A stretch of 64,000 bases of DNA from Bugula neritina (Eukaryota > Animalia > Bryozoa): NCBI GenBank assembly GCA_964035545.1, contig OZ037765.1:3730698-3794697 (forward strand). Reading direction: 5' to 3'. This document shows, piece by piece, positions 53,146 to 64,000 of the stretch. Made by a program: the position numbers and the translations under genes. Within the stretch, counting starts at the first letter, position 1; the number at the start of each line of letters is the position of its first letter. Below the pieces are notes generated by a model. It was not told where the DNA came from, did no database searches, and was given only the letters and a program-made list of their open reading frames with translations.

Positions 53146-53812
53146 CTTTTATTTCTTTAATCTCTATCTTAGTTGAAGAAACCTCTCCAGAATTTGTTTC
53201 TTGTGCCCGGCAGGTGAAAAATCCTCTTATACTCTCATTTGTAAAACTTAATTTAACATCAACTGAAAAACCAGTTTCACTACCTATTGCCGAACAGTAG
53301 GTGGCATCAATATTTGTACCATCTATCCCATTTGAAGCATGTAGCAGTTCATTTATACTTTCCCAAGCTCCAAAGATCTTTACACACCCAGCTTTGTATA
53401 TTTGGTCTCTGTTGTAGTAATACAAACTTAAAACTGTCAGTTTCTCAAAGCCAGTTGCACTGCATGTGAACGTAACTGGTTCACGAATATAAAAAGCACG
53501 TGCCCTGGACGAGTTGTGCGTGATGACCACAGATCTACTGGCAAAAGATGCTAAAATAAGTTAGATAAATTTCTTTGTAGTTATATGTGTTAGAAAGTTG
53601 TTAGTTTGAATCCAAACATAACATGTTAAAGCTAGCAATACACCAGAGAACCATTTCACAAATTGCACCAATTGTTAAATTTAAAAAAGCTACACTATAG
53701 AAGCAATTAGCTTTAAATTGCAAGAAGTGATCTTTTTAAGGTTATTTAAAAATATCTACTTACGTGAACCAAAGATTCCTATATATATCAAGAAATAGAG
53801 ATATCCCAGCAT
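53146..53812 (-). CDS. IgSF paralogue: signal-peptide exon (53764-53812) + V-like Ig exon (53146-53550); downstream exons uncertain
   Basis: MLGYLYFLIYIGIFGS/gtaagt joins in phase 1 to PSFASRSVVITHNSSRARAFY...FTCSATG...IRGFFTC...EIKG/gtaagt (405 nt); paralogous to the V-like exons at 10.7 and 14.1 kb. Confidence 0.85.
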
Positions 53813-56025
53813 ATTACTAAAAATAAAAATTAAATCAATGAAAATGGCTACTGTGGCTGGTTTTTATTGAAATAATTACAAAGTTGCAGCATTGCTAGTT
53901 TTATAATAAGTCTAATTTTATATTAAACTATAACCTTCTATTAGTCTGCAGTATAATATATGATGACAAGTCAATAAACATATCATTTTGTTTAAAAAAT
54001 AACTATACTTCCACAATGTTGTCCAATTTATTGTTGGAATCATATAATATGACTTTAGTACATGTAGCTAAAATGACGAGTTATTTAAAACTATGAAGCC
54101 TAGTGTTTTACTATTTACTTACACAATTACGTAATAACAAGGCTGCTAAATTTATTTGCCTAAATTAAATTTGTAAGGCAACACCCCTAACAAGACCTAG
54201 TGCTGTTTTAATTAGAAATACAACAATTATACGTTGAAAAGCTATAATGATAGTTGTGATTTTATAATCAAAGAGTTTTAATATAGTGTAACTTCAGTAT
54301 TCAATAGTTTATTAGAACATGGCAACTAACAAAAATTTACTTTTAAACTACCTGAAACTTAAAAAATATTTTGTTGACATGCTTTAAAAAGCTGCCTTTA
54401 AGACTGCAACTTAAAAAGGCTAGGTAACTTAGTAGCATCTCTTATAGGAGTTAAGGAAGGTAATTTTTTATATATGGTATAGGACTTTTGAAGCTTATTC
54501 CACGGAATAACGCTAAGTGATTAAAACTGTTTTTAGGATCTAAATTTGAAATTTTGCCGTGTAGCTATAATAAAAAAATAGCTATTTGTATTTGATTTTT
54601 TGTTGGAATTTCAACAGCTTAAAAATGTATTTAGTATTAACTTTAATTTTAAGTCTTTCTTATTTAATACTTGGTTCCTTGAAATGAAACTAAATCATAT
54701 TACATAACAAGTCTTTTTGCAAAACAAATGTGCAAACTGTGTGCAGTTACCACTTTTCAGGTTATTAATGAGTAATATTTTCAATAATTTGTATAAGATA
54801 GATTTATGTTAATTCTGAAGCTCTAATAGCTAGGTTGGATATTTTAAAATCTTTTATAAAGCATTACTTTCTGGCAGGACTTTTTAATGTTGCAATGTAA
54901 TTGATAAATCCTAAGCTGTAATTTATCCCAAGGCTTGCTTTTTAAAAAAACTAGATAATATAACACTTATAATTTGTAGAATTAACATGAAAAATTATTA
55001 AAATATAATAAATAGATAATATCAAAAATTGAAAACATACTTTGAATTGCATTTATCTAAACGTGGTCAAAGAGCAGCTAGCTTACGAAATAATGATATT
55101 TCTTTCTTGTCCAGCAAGAATTAAAAAGACAAAAATGTATACACCACATAATCTTTACATACCACTAATGCTTCCAAAAATATTTCAATAAATTAAAAGA
55201 ATTATTTAAATTCTTTCAAATTTATCGTCGATAGTAGTAAAGTAATATGGCATTTTCTTGCAAGCTCCAAATACCTTGATTATAAATTAGGTTTTGCAAA
55301 TGATATTTTTGGACTGTTAAGATAAAATTGTTAGAAAATATAAGTAGGTTTTTTCTCCAAAGTATGATGGTGTTTCAGCAGGACTTCCTTTCAATGCAAA
55401 AATTGTAAAATAAGTACGTAGATCAGTTTAAGTTATTCAAATTTAGATATCGATATAAGCATTTGAAATTTCAGGTATCCTAGCTTAAGTAGCAACAAAC
55501 ATGACTATTTTTGCATGTAAACATTAATACAATACCAAGAAAAAATCTTGCAATTATTTAGTAGTAAATAATATGGCGTTTACTTTTTACATCCCTTTGC
55601 TTTTTCTTAAGTTTTCACCGGGCCTACGGATGTGTCTAATGTTTGCACACGCTGAATAAACAACATATTTTGGCCTAGCTATAGTATGCCAAGCTATAGT
55701 ATGCCAAGTGTTATAGACGCCTAGTTTATCAAAGCCATTAGCTAGATAACAAAACAGCTAATAAACTATACTATTTTTTCTATTTTATGTTACTGGTAAA
55801 ATATTATTTGACTGTAAAACTATGCAATGTGCAATAATATCAACTTCTGATTGTTTTTGATACTGAAACATAAACAATGTTATACATATATAGGTATACA
55901 CATTGCCTTGCATGACACCAGTCCAATATACTTGCAGTGATAATAAAGCAGCATCGAATGAAAACATGGTTGCTGCTGATGCTGCTGCTGCTATAGCACA
56001 CGATTGGTGTACTGCAAATATTTTT

Positions 56026-56130
<105 letters not shown>

Positions 56131-59100
56131 TGTATATATTATGTCCTTTTTGTTGCTTTATAATTTGATTGAGTATACGTGATATTTTACTACGGCAGTA
56201 TATATATATATGTTCTTTCATGTTCGTAATAACAAATATATTAAAATTTAACATGTACATTTATCCCTGTGAAAGAAAATTAACTATAGAATCATAGATA
56301 GAAACAAATTAAGCTATTTTAAATAAAATGACGTTTTTCCTAAATTATGTTTACTTGCAAACTTTTTCACAAGCAGTGAGCTACTATTTTTTTTATATAA
56401 AGCAGCTCTCTTGAAACTTTCCTTGCGAAGCGTTTATCATGCATATAAATACAATACCTACAAGTAGCATTGTAATTTAAAATTACAACTCGAAGCTTTG
56501 GAGTTATAATACACAACATTTCAGAAGCATTATTCACAACAATTTTCAGAATTCTAACTCACCCACATTTTACATCCGTTTGCAGCTTTCTCACCCAGCT
56601 TCATATCGTATTGTTTTAGGGCATGTTAAATTATGAACTTGTATATATTCCTTGTACCAAATGCAATGCCTTATTAATCATAGTCTGGTTTTACAAATAT
56701 TAGTATTACTATTAACAATACATATGCTCTCACACTTACTAACTTTTTCCACTAACTGATCTACAGAACTGATATATTTTGAGTTCATTCTGGCAAGATA
56801 ACATGTAAAGTGTTACATAGGATGTAATAAGCAGTTGTCACCAGGTGCATCAAGTCATAATAAACTATAAAGAAAAATTACTCTATTGATCCAATTTAAA
56901 CGGCTATTTAGTTCAACAAAATATCTGCAACTATTTAATTGGGCTGAAAGCGTTTTTTTTTGAAAATGCAACTATTAGGATCATATTTAAATATAAGTGG
57001 TATATTTTATTGTGTTAATCAATATCTTATTGCATATGCATGTGCTTATAGTAATTCAAAATTCAGTGATCTTGATAGCTAGTCTATAATTATTGATACC
57101 AGCTATATCATATTATATATAGTCGCAGTTTTGTAAATAATATTGATCTCTTTTGCATAAAATAGTTTGGGTCACTAGAGCATTTTTTTAACCCAATTTT
57201 CTTATGACATATAGTTTAACATTAAATATAAATTATCTTTATAGCTTCATTTTCACTAGACTTGGCTGCAAGAAAATGTTTTGCTTTATTGATTTAGATT
57301 ACTTATTTTTAATTTCCATTTCCTTACCAAGATTAAAATTGAAAGAATTACGTAGTTAATTCAATAGTTCACTTTGAAAGAGTGTGGTTATTAATGTTGC
57401 AATATAAATAGTTATCGTCCCTTTTACAATGATCACTTACTGTAGTTCAAAATCTACATATTCCTAAACCCAGTAAATACACGGTTACCCTTCATCATGG
57501 GTATGAAGTGAGTTATAAAACAATATGAAAAAGTGAACCCTTTTCAAACTTGACAAGGGCTGACAAGAATCAAAATACTCCTATTAACAACATTGTTGCT
57601 ATTATAATGTGTCTCAAAAATATCAATTCATATCGTACCAGTAAACTTACCAGTATTCATGCTGCCAGGGCTGTGTACGTGGGATGTGAAGTGCAAAATC
57701 CATAAGCATTTACCCATAACTATAATGTACATATAATGGGTATATGGTAACGCATATTAGCTGAAGCATGAAAAACCGCAGTTTTTTCTAGAGAAAAGCA
57801 GGTATTATTATTATATTTATAACAAAATATCATCATCAAATCAGATATAACAAAAGGGTAAAATTATTTCAATCGACTTTAAAACATTTGAGAGTACTTG
57901 AATTTTAAAGTTCTATAACTAAGTCTCTAATAAATTAAGCAGTCATGAGCTATATGTTATATTCACATGTTATAGCTGCTGCCTTGTGTTGCAATAAGCA
58001 TCTCTAACACGAGTTATTATTGCTTATTTAAATTTTGATGAGTCATTACAATAATATGTTTACTGCACTTTTTCGATCGTTTTATGCTTCATATATAACT
58101 AATTAAATTGACATTTTTACAGCTTATTAAGCCACAAAAAAGAGTGCAAATTCCTCTATATGTTGAGTAGTTCAACTTTAGTGAAAATAATCTTTTCAAC
58201 ATGCATAACACAAATCAGACATGATAAATGATTAATATGAGAACTTTGATTATATCACTTGTTCAAGCCTATGATCTACTAGCTAGGAGAATTACTTGTG
58301 GCTACTCAAATTAAATTGTTATTGATTTATGCAATACATTGATAAGAAGAGTTATATAACAGATATACTATATTACCATATCATTTATAGCAGCAATCAT
58401 AGTATGTTTACACAAAATATTGTAAACATGTATCAAAATTAGCCTTAGCAAAACACATTCAAATTTTAAAAAAATTCTATAATTTCAAAGTTAACTTTCA
58501 AAATGCTTAACATCTTATAAGAAGTAGTACAGTAAATAGAGACATCTAAGATGTACCAGTGTGTTGTTTATAATGCAGGACAGTGGCATGATGACATGCA
58601 TCCTGTTAGCAAAAAAAAATTTAGTTTCAAAATATCTTTCCATTTATCAAGTTTATAGTAAACTTGTGCAAAAAACAACTAGAAATGTGTATAGATGTTT
58701 CGAAACATTTTTTCAAAGTTGAACGTTTGAAACTGTAAATACATATTAAATTCAGTGACTTAAGAAACCTTATAAATTTTTGACATAGTATAAAAAGGGG
58801 GGGGGGGAAACTACATGTACTTTATGACATCTTAAACAAGAATGAAATAAAACTGCTAGCCATTGAGGATTGATAAAAATATGTACGACATAATGTATTT
58901 GCAAAAAGCAAGGTCAACAGTACAAGTAATGCAAAAAAGGATATGGTTTAATGAAATAATAAAATTGTAGCTGCATGAATAGCAATTTCAATCTTATAAA
59001 AAATGAAATGACAGGATCAGAAAAAATATTCTAGAATCGCTGAAGTGGTGTGTTTTAGTTGCTTAAGTCACCTAACTCTAGAATATCAAAGAAAAGCATA

Positions 59101-60027
59101 TTTTTTAGTTATAAAAATATCCAACTATCAGTATTTTATCAAATATTCGCTTGCCATGGTTATGAATAGTATAAACCTCTCAACAATTGTGGGAATTACA
59201 TGCAGAATTTTAAAATCGATATGTTTCGATTTATATCAACCCTTAACAAAAGAAAACATAGCTAAAACCTAAATATAGATACTTCTGCGTGCTTAATTTT
59301 TATTGGAAAAATTGGGCCTATACATAATCTGATTGAGATGCTCTTTATTTGTATTAGTCTTATACTTTTTGGTTTTATTTTTTTATGCTATAATATATTA
59401 TTCTACAGCTCTCTTTTTATTGATTATTATAATTATAATTATTAGTAGACGTAACGGAGAGTTTCAAGTGCTGGGTACTCTAAAAATATTGTATGTATAT
59501 ACTTTGAAAGTTTATTCTATATTAGCTTTTTTTTAACTACATGCCCTCATTTTAAAACCACTTTTCAAAGCATGCATGAATTCGTATTATATTTGCATAA
59601 TATTATTATACATAGTATGTGTAATGTAGCTTAAATAGCCAACACATGCACTGTTTCTATAGCACATGAGACCTATATATACCATATGATGAGCTGAAGT
59701 GTATGTTGTAAGAGTATGCATAAGTCTCGAATAATGATACATATCTGCTTTTGTCACATGTTACAGGCTTGGCCTTTGCTATCTAGAGACCAACACCTTT
59801 TCATCTGCACCTGTGTAAACACTTTCTTAGCCGCTCTTGAGTATAAATTGCTATAGCTTCAGTATAATTTTATTACATGAAAATGGTGCATGGTTTACAA
59901 ATTAGAATGTGTAAAAAACAAATCATACACATTATAATTGAAAGCATATCTTTGACCATTAAGTGTACATGGTTCGTAACTGTATCATCATAAGTAGAAA
60001 ATGATTCCAAGTTAATGTTAAACTTAC

Positions 60028-60426
60028 CCTTTTAATGTATAGAAAGTCATGTATTTGTCCACTTGAATATTTTCATTACTAAGCTAGTACCCACTACATG
60101 CATGCAGGTTCAGAGCTGTTTGCAACACTACAATCTAATAGTACTATGTGACTTTTCTAATGATAAGCATTGTTACAATATTAGCAGTACTATTTCTCTT
60201 TACTATTTTGATTTTATAAATGTCATAATATCCTTCAACCTGCACCTTTCTTTGAACTATTAGGTGAAGCTCTTGCACATTCCCAGACTGCATTAATTGT
60301 ATGAGAGCTCATAGTATGCATAGTGTAGTTGTCTGCACCACCAAGGCACACTGCAAGTTATGAAGTACACCCAATTATAATAGTGAGCTTGGAGCAGAAC
60401 AGTTAGCCTAGCAGATTACCATTGTA
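60028..60426 (-). pseudogene. Candidate decayed V-like Ig exon
   Basis: 399 nt between AG and gtaagt; YFITCSV near the start and HACSGY...TLKG at the end place Cys residues as in the intact V exons; several stops and frameshifts. Confidence 0.4.
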
Positions 60427-60589
60427 CTATCATTCATAACCTAAGCATTGATGTAACAATATTGTATAGCTGCATCGTACCCAAATGCACTGGTAGCTTT
60501 TTAGTATATCACAAGAAAAACTCGCGCAAGTTTATAGTCACCATTCTTGTGAGAAAACCCCTGATGTAAAGGGTTTTTGTTAAAGCGGG

Positions 60590-60733
60590 CTAAGGACTTA
60601 TTAGGATGAGGCACAGGAGCAATTATGACTGGATGCTCTTCCTAACATCACCAATGGCCTTTGTCTGGGTTCGAATCCATGACTTCATGTTTACTAGGCA
60701 AAAGCTCTAACCCCTAGACCTAGGCTGCTCCCT
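60590..60733 (-). mobile_element. tRNA-derived SINE (same family as 16496-16730)
   Basis: Reverse complement contains ggattcgaaccc (B box) and gatgttaggaagagcatccagtcataattgctcctgtg. Confidence 0.75.
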
Positions 60734-62883
60734 TTTAGCATACCACAATGATGATTATAAAGGTTTCAGATCTGGACTATAACATCTTTACACATTTCTA
60801 TTATATTTCAGTGAGGGGAGAAAATTCCTGCTGATTTAATTATTGCAGAAACCAAGACAAACTAAATAATAGCTATATTTAACTTGATTGTGTTAGTTGT
60901 AAGTGTGGCAAAGCTAATTTTGGCAAAGTAATTACTAATCTTATGATTGGGTATGCTTATAAGAAAACCATTTAGCTATAAGAAGTTGTAAATATTAGAT
61001 AACATTGCCTTCCAAGCAGCCATTCCCCTTCCCATAAAACAATTGAATCTAGTTAATCGCACTAAACAGTAAAAGTGAGATGTGCTGCATAGCACCTAAA
61101 TTAGTGTAATACCTTTAAATATGCATTACTTCTTTCTCAGTATTTGATTATTTTTTCTAAAGATTTACATCACTAGATTATAATGGAATTCCAAAAATCT
61201 TAAATAGTCATAATTTTGATTTATTGTTGGTATTACACAAAAGTTGGTCATTTATCACAAAGAAGATTTTACGAATATTATTATATTTTATGCCCTGTTA
61301 ATTTATTTTTAACTCTACTGAATTCTACCATCCAAGGAAACAAAAGGTCACAATGCTAACCACTTAGGAAATACGTAAGTTTAGAAGACTGTGATCTAAA
61401 AACGTTCCAAATTTTTAAAGATATTATTACTATTTATAATTTATATTGCTTAAACATGAATGAATATTGTAATACTAAATTTTATAATTACAAAATTAAA
61501 ATTTAAATATTTTACATATTTTTGGTTAACTGATTGGTAAGGAGTTACTATAGCAGTATAGCTAAGTTTGCTGCAGTATTCAATTGCTATAATTATATTG
61601 AGAAATCTGAAGTTTTAGCACAGGATAAATCACGCACGCACACACATACACACAGTATATTCAACATAAACAAATTACTCATATAATGCTTAACAGTATC
61701 ATGATAACTTGCCAATTATCAATTTTATAATTTTAAGCTTTCTTGATTCTATTAAATTTACAGGTTACTATATAACAAGAAAATTAAGTAAATATTAAAT
61801 AAAATGAGTATAGAAGAAAAATTGTAGCATGCACCATTTTTGGAACTTCAAAGTCTGCTTGTTTAAAATTACAGAAAAGTAATATATTTGATGATTCAAA
61901 GAGATTAGTAATTATTGTTAACATAATGAGAAATTAAAATTTTTCCTAAAAAAAAGTTTAGGTTTGTTCTCATTCATTGAAACCATAATGAACTAGTTGG
62001 CAACACAACTCAAACAGTTTATGATATAGCAGTAGCAGCACATTTTTAAGACAATGTTGAATTGTCTTAAAATAATTAATTGCTATGTAATGTTTGTATC
62101 TGTTTACTAAAGCTATGTTTGTACTATGTTGTAGTTTTCAAAGTGCCATGTAACTGTTTTGAACGTATACTGTTTGTTTATCAAGCAAGTCAGTTAGCTT
62201 TGAGATTTGATAGAATAAAGTGTAGTGACAGTAAGAAAGTTGGTAGCAATTTATTGCAGTAGCCTACTTGTCTATACATCATAACAACATGCTAATTACT
62301 ACTAGTTACTACCACTCTTAGTTAGCAAATTAAAGTTTGTTTTAGATACAACAACCCTGTATACTAACTATTACAAGCAAAATAATAAAAATGATTATAA
62401 TTATCGTCATGGTTATCATAATGATAATAATCATTTATAATAACTTGTAGGCTTCAGTATCCTCTATTTGAAAAAAAATCACGTAGTTTCTTTTTTCAAC
62501 TTCATTAGGTATAAATTTGCATGCTACGTTATTGGGGTTAAATAAGCCACTGGCTTTCTCCCCTTAGCCAACTCTTCCACGTTAAGAAGAGTGGGATACA
62601 GGTAAATACAGGTACAATATGGCACTTATATAATTATGTTAATGTAAGTATTAGCACACTAATGCTATATAGCTATAGCATAACCACTGAAAAGTTTATA
62701 AATTTATATTTTTAGAAAAATTGGTGTAACATTACCTCTAAAAACAATTTCAAGGTTGTTATAAACAACATTCAAAGGGGTATCATTATATAAAATGTAA
62801 AGATTCAAAATTATCTAATAATGTTAATAAACTTCTTTAGCTATTTAGTATATAGTCGAGCTAGTACACGGCATCGATGGGTA

Positions 62884-63060
62884 TACAATAAAAACTCTAC
62901 ATTGAACAATATTTTATTCACTTTAATAATAAAGGTGCACCTTAGATAATAGAGTAATCAGATGAGGAGTTGCCTGTTCGATATGATTATATAAATCATC
63001 TACAATACAATAAAAAATTACATTGAACAATATTTTATTCACGTTAAAATAATAAAGGTG
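62884..63060. repeat. Imperfect direct repeat (about 54 bp, two copies)
   Basis: tacaataaaaa..tacattgaacaatattttattcac.t.aa..aataaaggtg at about 62884-62937 and 63006-63060. Confidence 0.8.
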
Positions 63061-63119
63061 ATACTGTAAGGAGTTTATGTAATATTATATCAAATAGGCA
63101 ACTCCATGTTTTATTACTA

Positions 63120-63465
63120 AGCCTAGGGCCACACGGTGCGTATTTTTGCATGCGAAAATTAAAACCACAAGTAGCGAAGGCGTCCACTGTAGCGTCAGTG
63201 ATGCGTGATAAATAAAGCTTTCATTTTTAAATCGCACTCGCTTTCAATAAAACGCAATTTACTGGAATTTAGCACTAAAGTAACGAAATTGGGCTCGCTT
63301 AATCACTACCAGCCAATTAGGTGACGACGACAGAGACGATTCGCACTTGCGTTGAAAATGCAGAGCGACAAGTGCGAACGTTTTCTCAACGCGCACAGTG
63401 GACACCTTTGCTACTTGTGATTTCAATTTTCGCATGCGAAAATACGCACAGTGTGGCCCTAGGCT
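63120..63465. mobile_element. MITE (346 bp) with long terminal inverted repeats and TA flanks
   Basis: agcctagggccacacggtgcgtatttttgcatgcgaaaatt...gtccactgt pairs with acagtggac...aattttcgcatgcgaaaatacgcacagtgtggccctaggct; TA at 63118-63119 and 63466-63467; no ORF; CpG-rich relative to the window. Confidence 0.9.
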
Positions 63466-64000
63466 TAGTGTTCCACGTATATTAGATGCGGTTTAACTAG
63501 CCTAATGCATCGCCTACTGGCACTCGGACAATGGGATGACTGGTTCACGATAGGAATGGGACTAGTTGCATGAGTTGATTGACAGCCGCTTGGATAGCGT
63601 GCAGTTACCGGAGAGCAGTAGATTAGTGAAGTTGTAATTGTGCTCGTCTGTGATTATGTAATGCTAATATGCTTTTATGTAGTTAGTAAATATTGTATCT
63701 TTAGTATAAACAAATATATATTCTCACTATGAATTAGCAGCATTGCTTCAATCATAATAACCCACAAATAAGTGAAGCACAATACACTTGACTAGCTGCA
63801 TAAAATTAAAAATGGAGTTGTCTTTCCAAAATAAGGATCGCTTCAAAAATTGGGAAACTAGAAGTCATATTCGACATTACTGAATAAATAATTCTTATTG
63901 GTCTGAAAATAAGCGTCTGCTCCAAGTAATCCGTAACGTTATTGGCATTCCGATTCTGTTCGCTTTTAATTTCTATCGAAACTTACTGTATTTAAATAAT

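Noticed and set aside
57651-57719. Exon-like 69-nt segment (MGKCLWILHFTSHVHSPGSMNT/gtaagt) as an alternative leader
   Set aside because: Phase-compatible with the V exon, but the hydrophobic core is too short for a signal peptide; could be a 5' UTR exon, unsupported without transcripts.

Overview
AT-rich, CpG-poor, intron-rich eukaryotic DNA, most likely from a marine invertebrate; the taxon cannot be fixed from the sequence alone. Exons were assembled by hand from GT/AG sites and phase compatibility. (1) Left end, minus strand: the first 10 coding exons of an ANKRD27/VARP-like VPS9-domain gene running off the window, with an apparent 1-bp frameshift in exon 6. (2) 7.5-14.5 kb, minus strand: an 11-exon, all phase-1 immunoglobulin-superfamily type I receptor (V-like, I-like, V-like, I-like, I/C2, TM). 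Its tail has three exon-duplicated YTEL-x9-YDSV ITAM/ITIM-like cassettes. It also has a candidate GPI-anchor alternative last exon, a 21-bp minisatellite that multiplies an in-frame splice donor, and a nested palindrome where its leader exon would be expected. (3) 25.1-26.1 kb, plus strand: a two-exon secreted actinoporin/conoporin-like gene ending in a GPI-signal-like tail. (4) 53.1-53.8 kb, minus strand: a leader exon plus a third paralogous V-like exon, with a candidate TM exon (43.6 kb) and a candidate V pseudo-exon (60 kb). The remainder is a decayed segmental duplication, RTE LINE fragments, tRNA-derived SINEs, a MITE and mini/microsatellites. The most interesting reading (inference) is a diversified IgSF receptor cluster, reminiscent of invertebrate allorecognition loci, physically enclosing a membrane-tethered pore-forming-toxin homologue.
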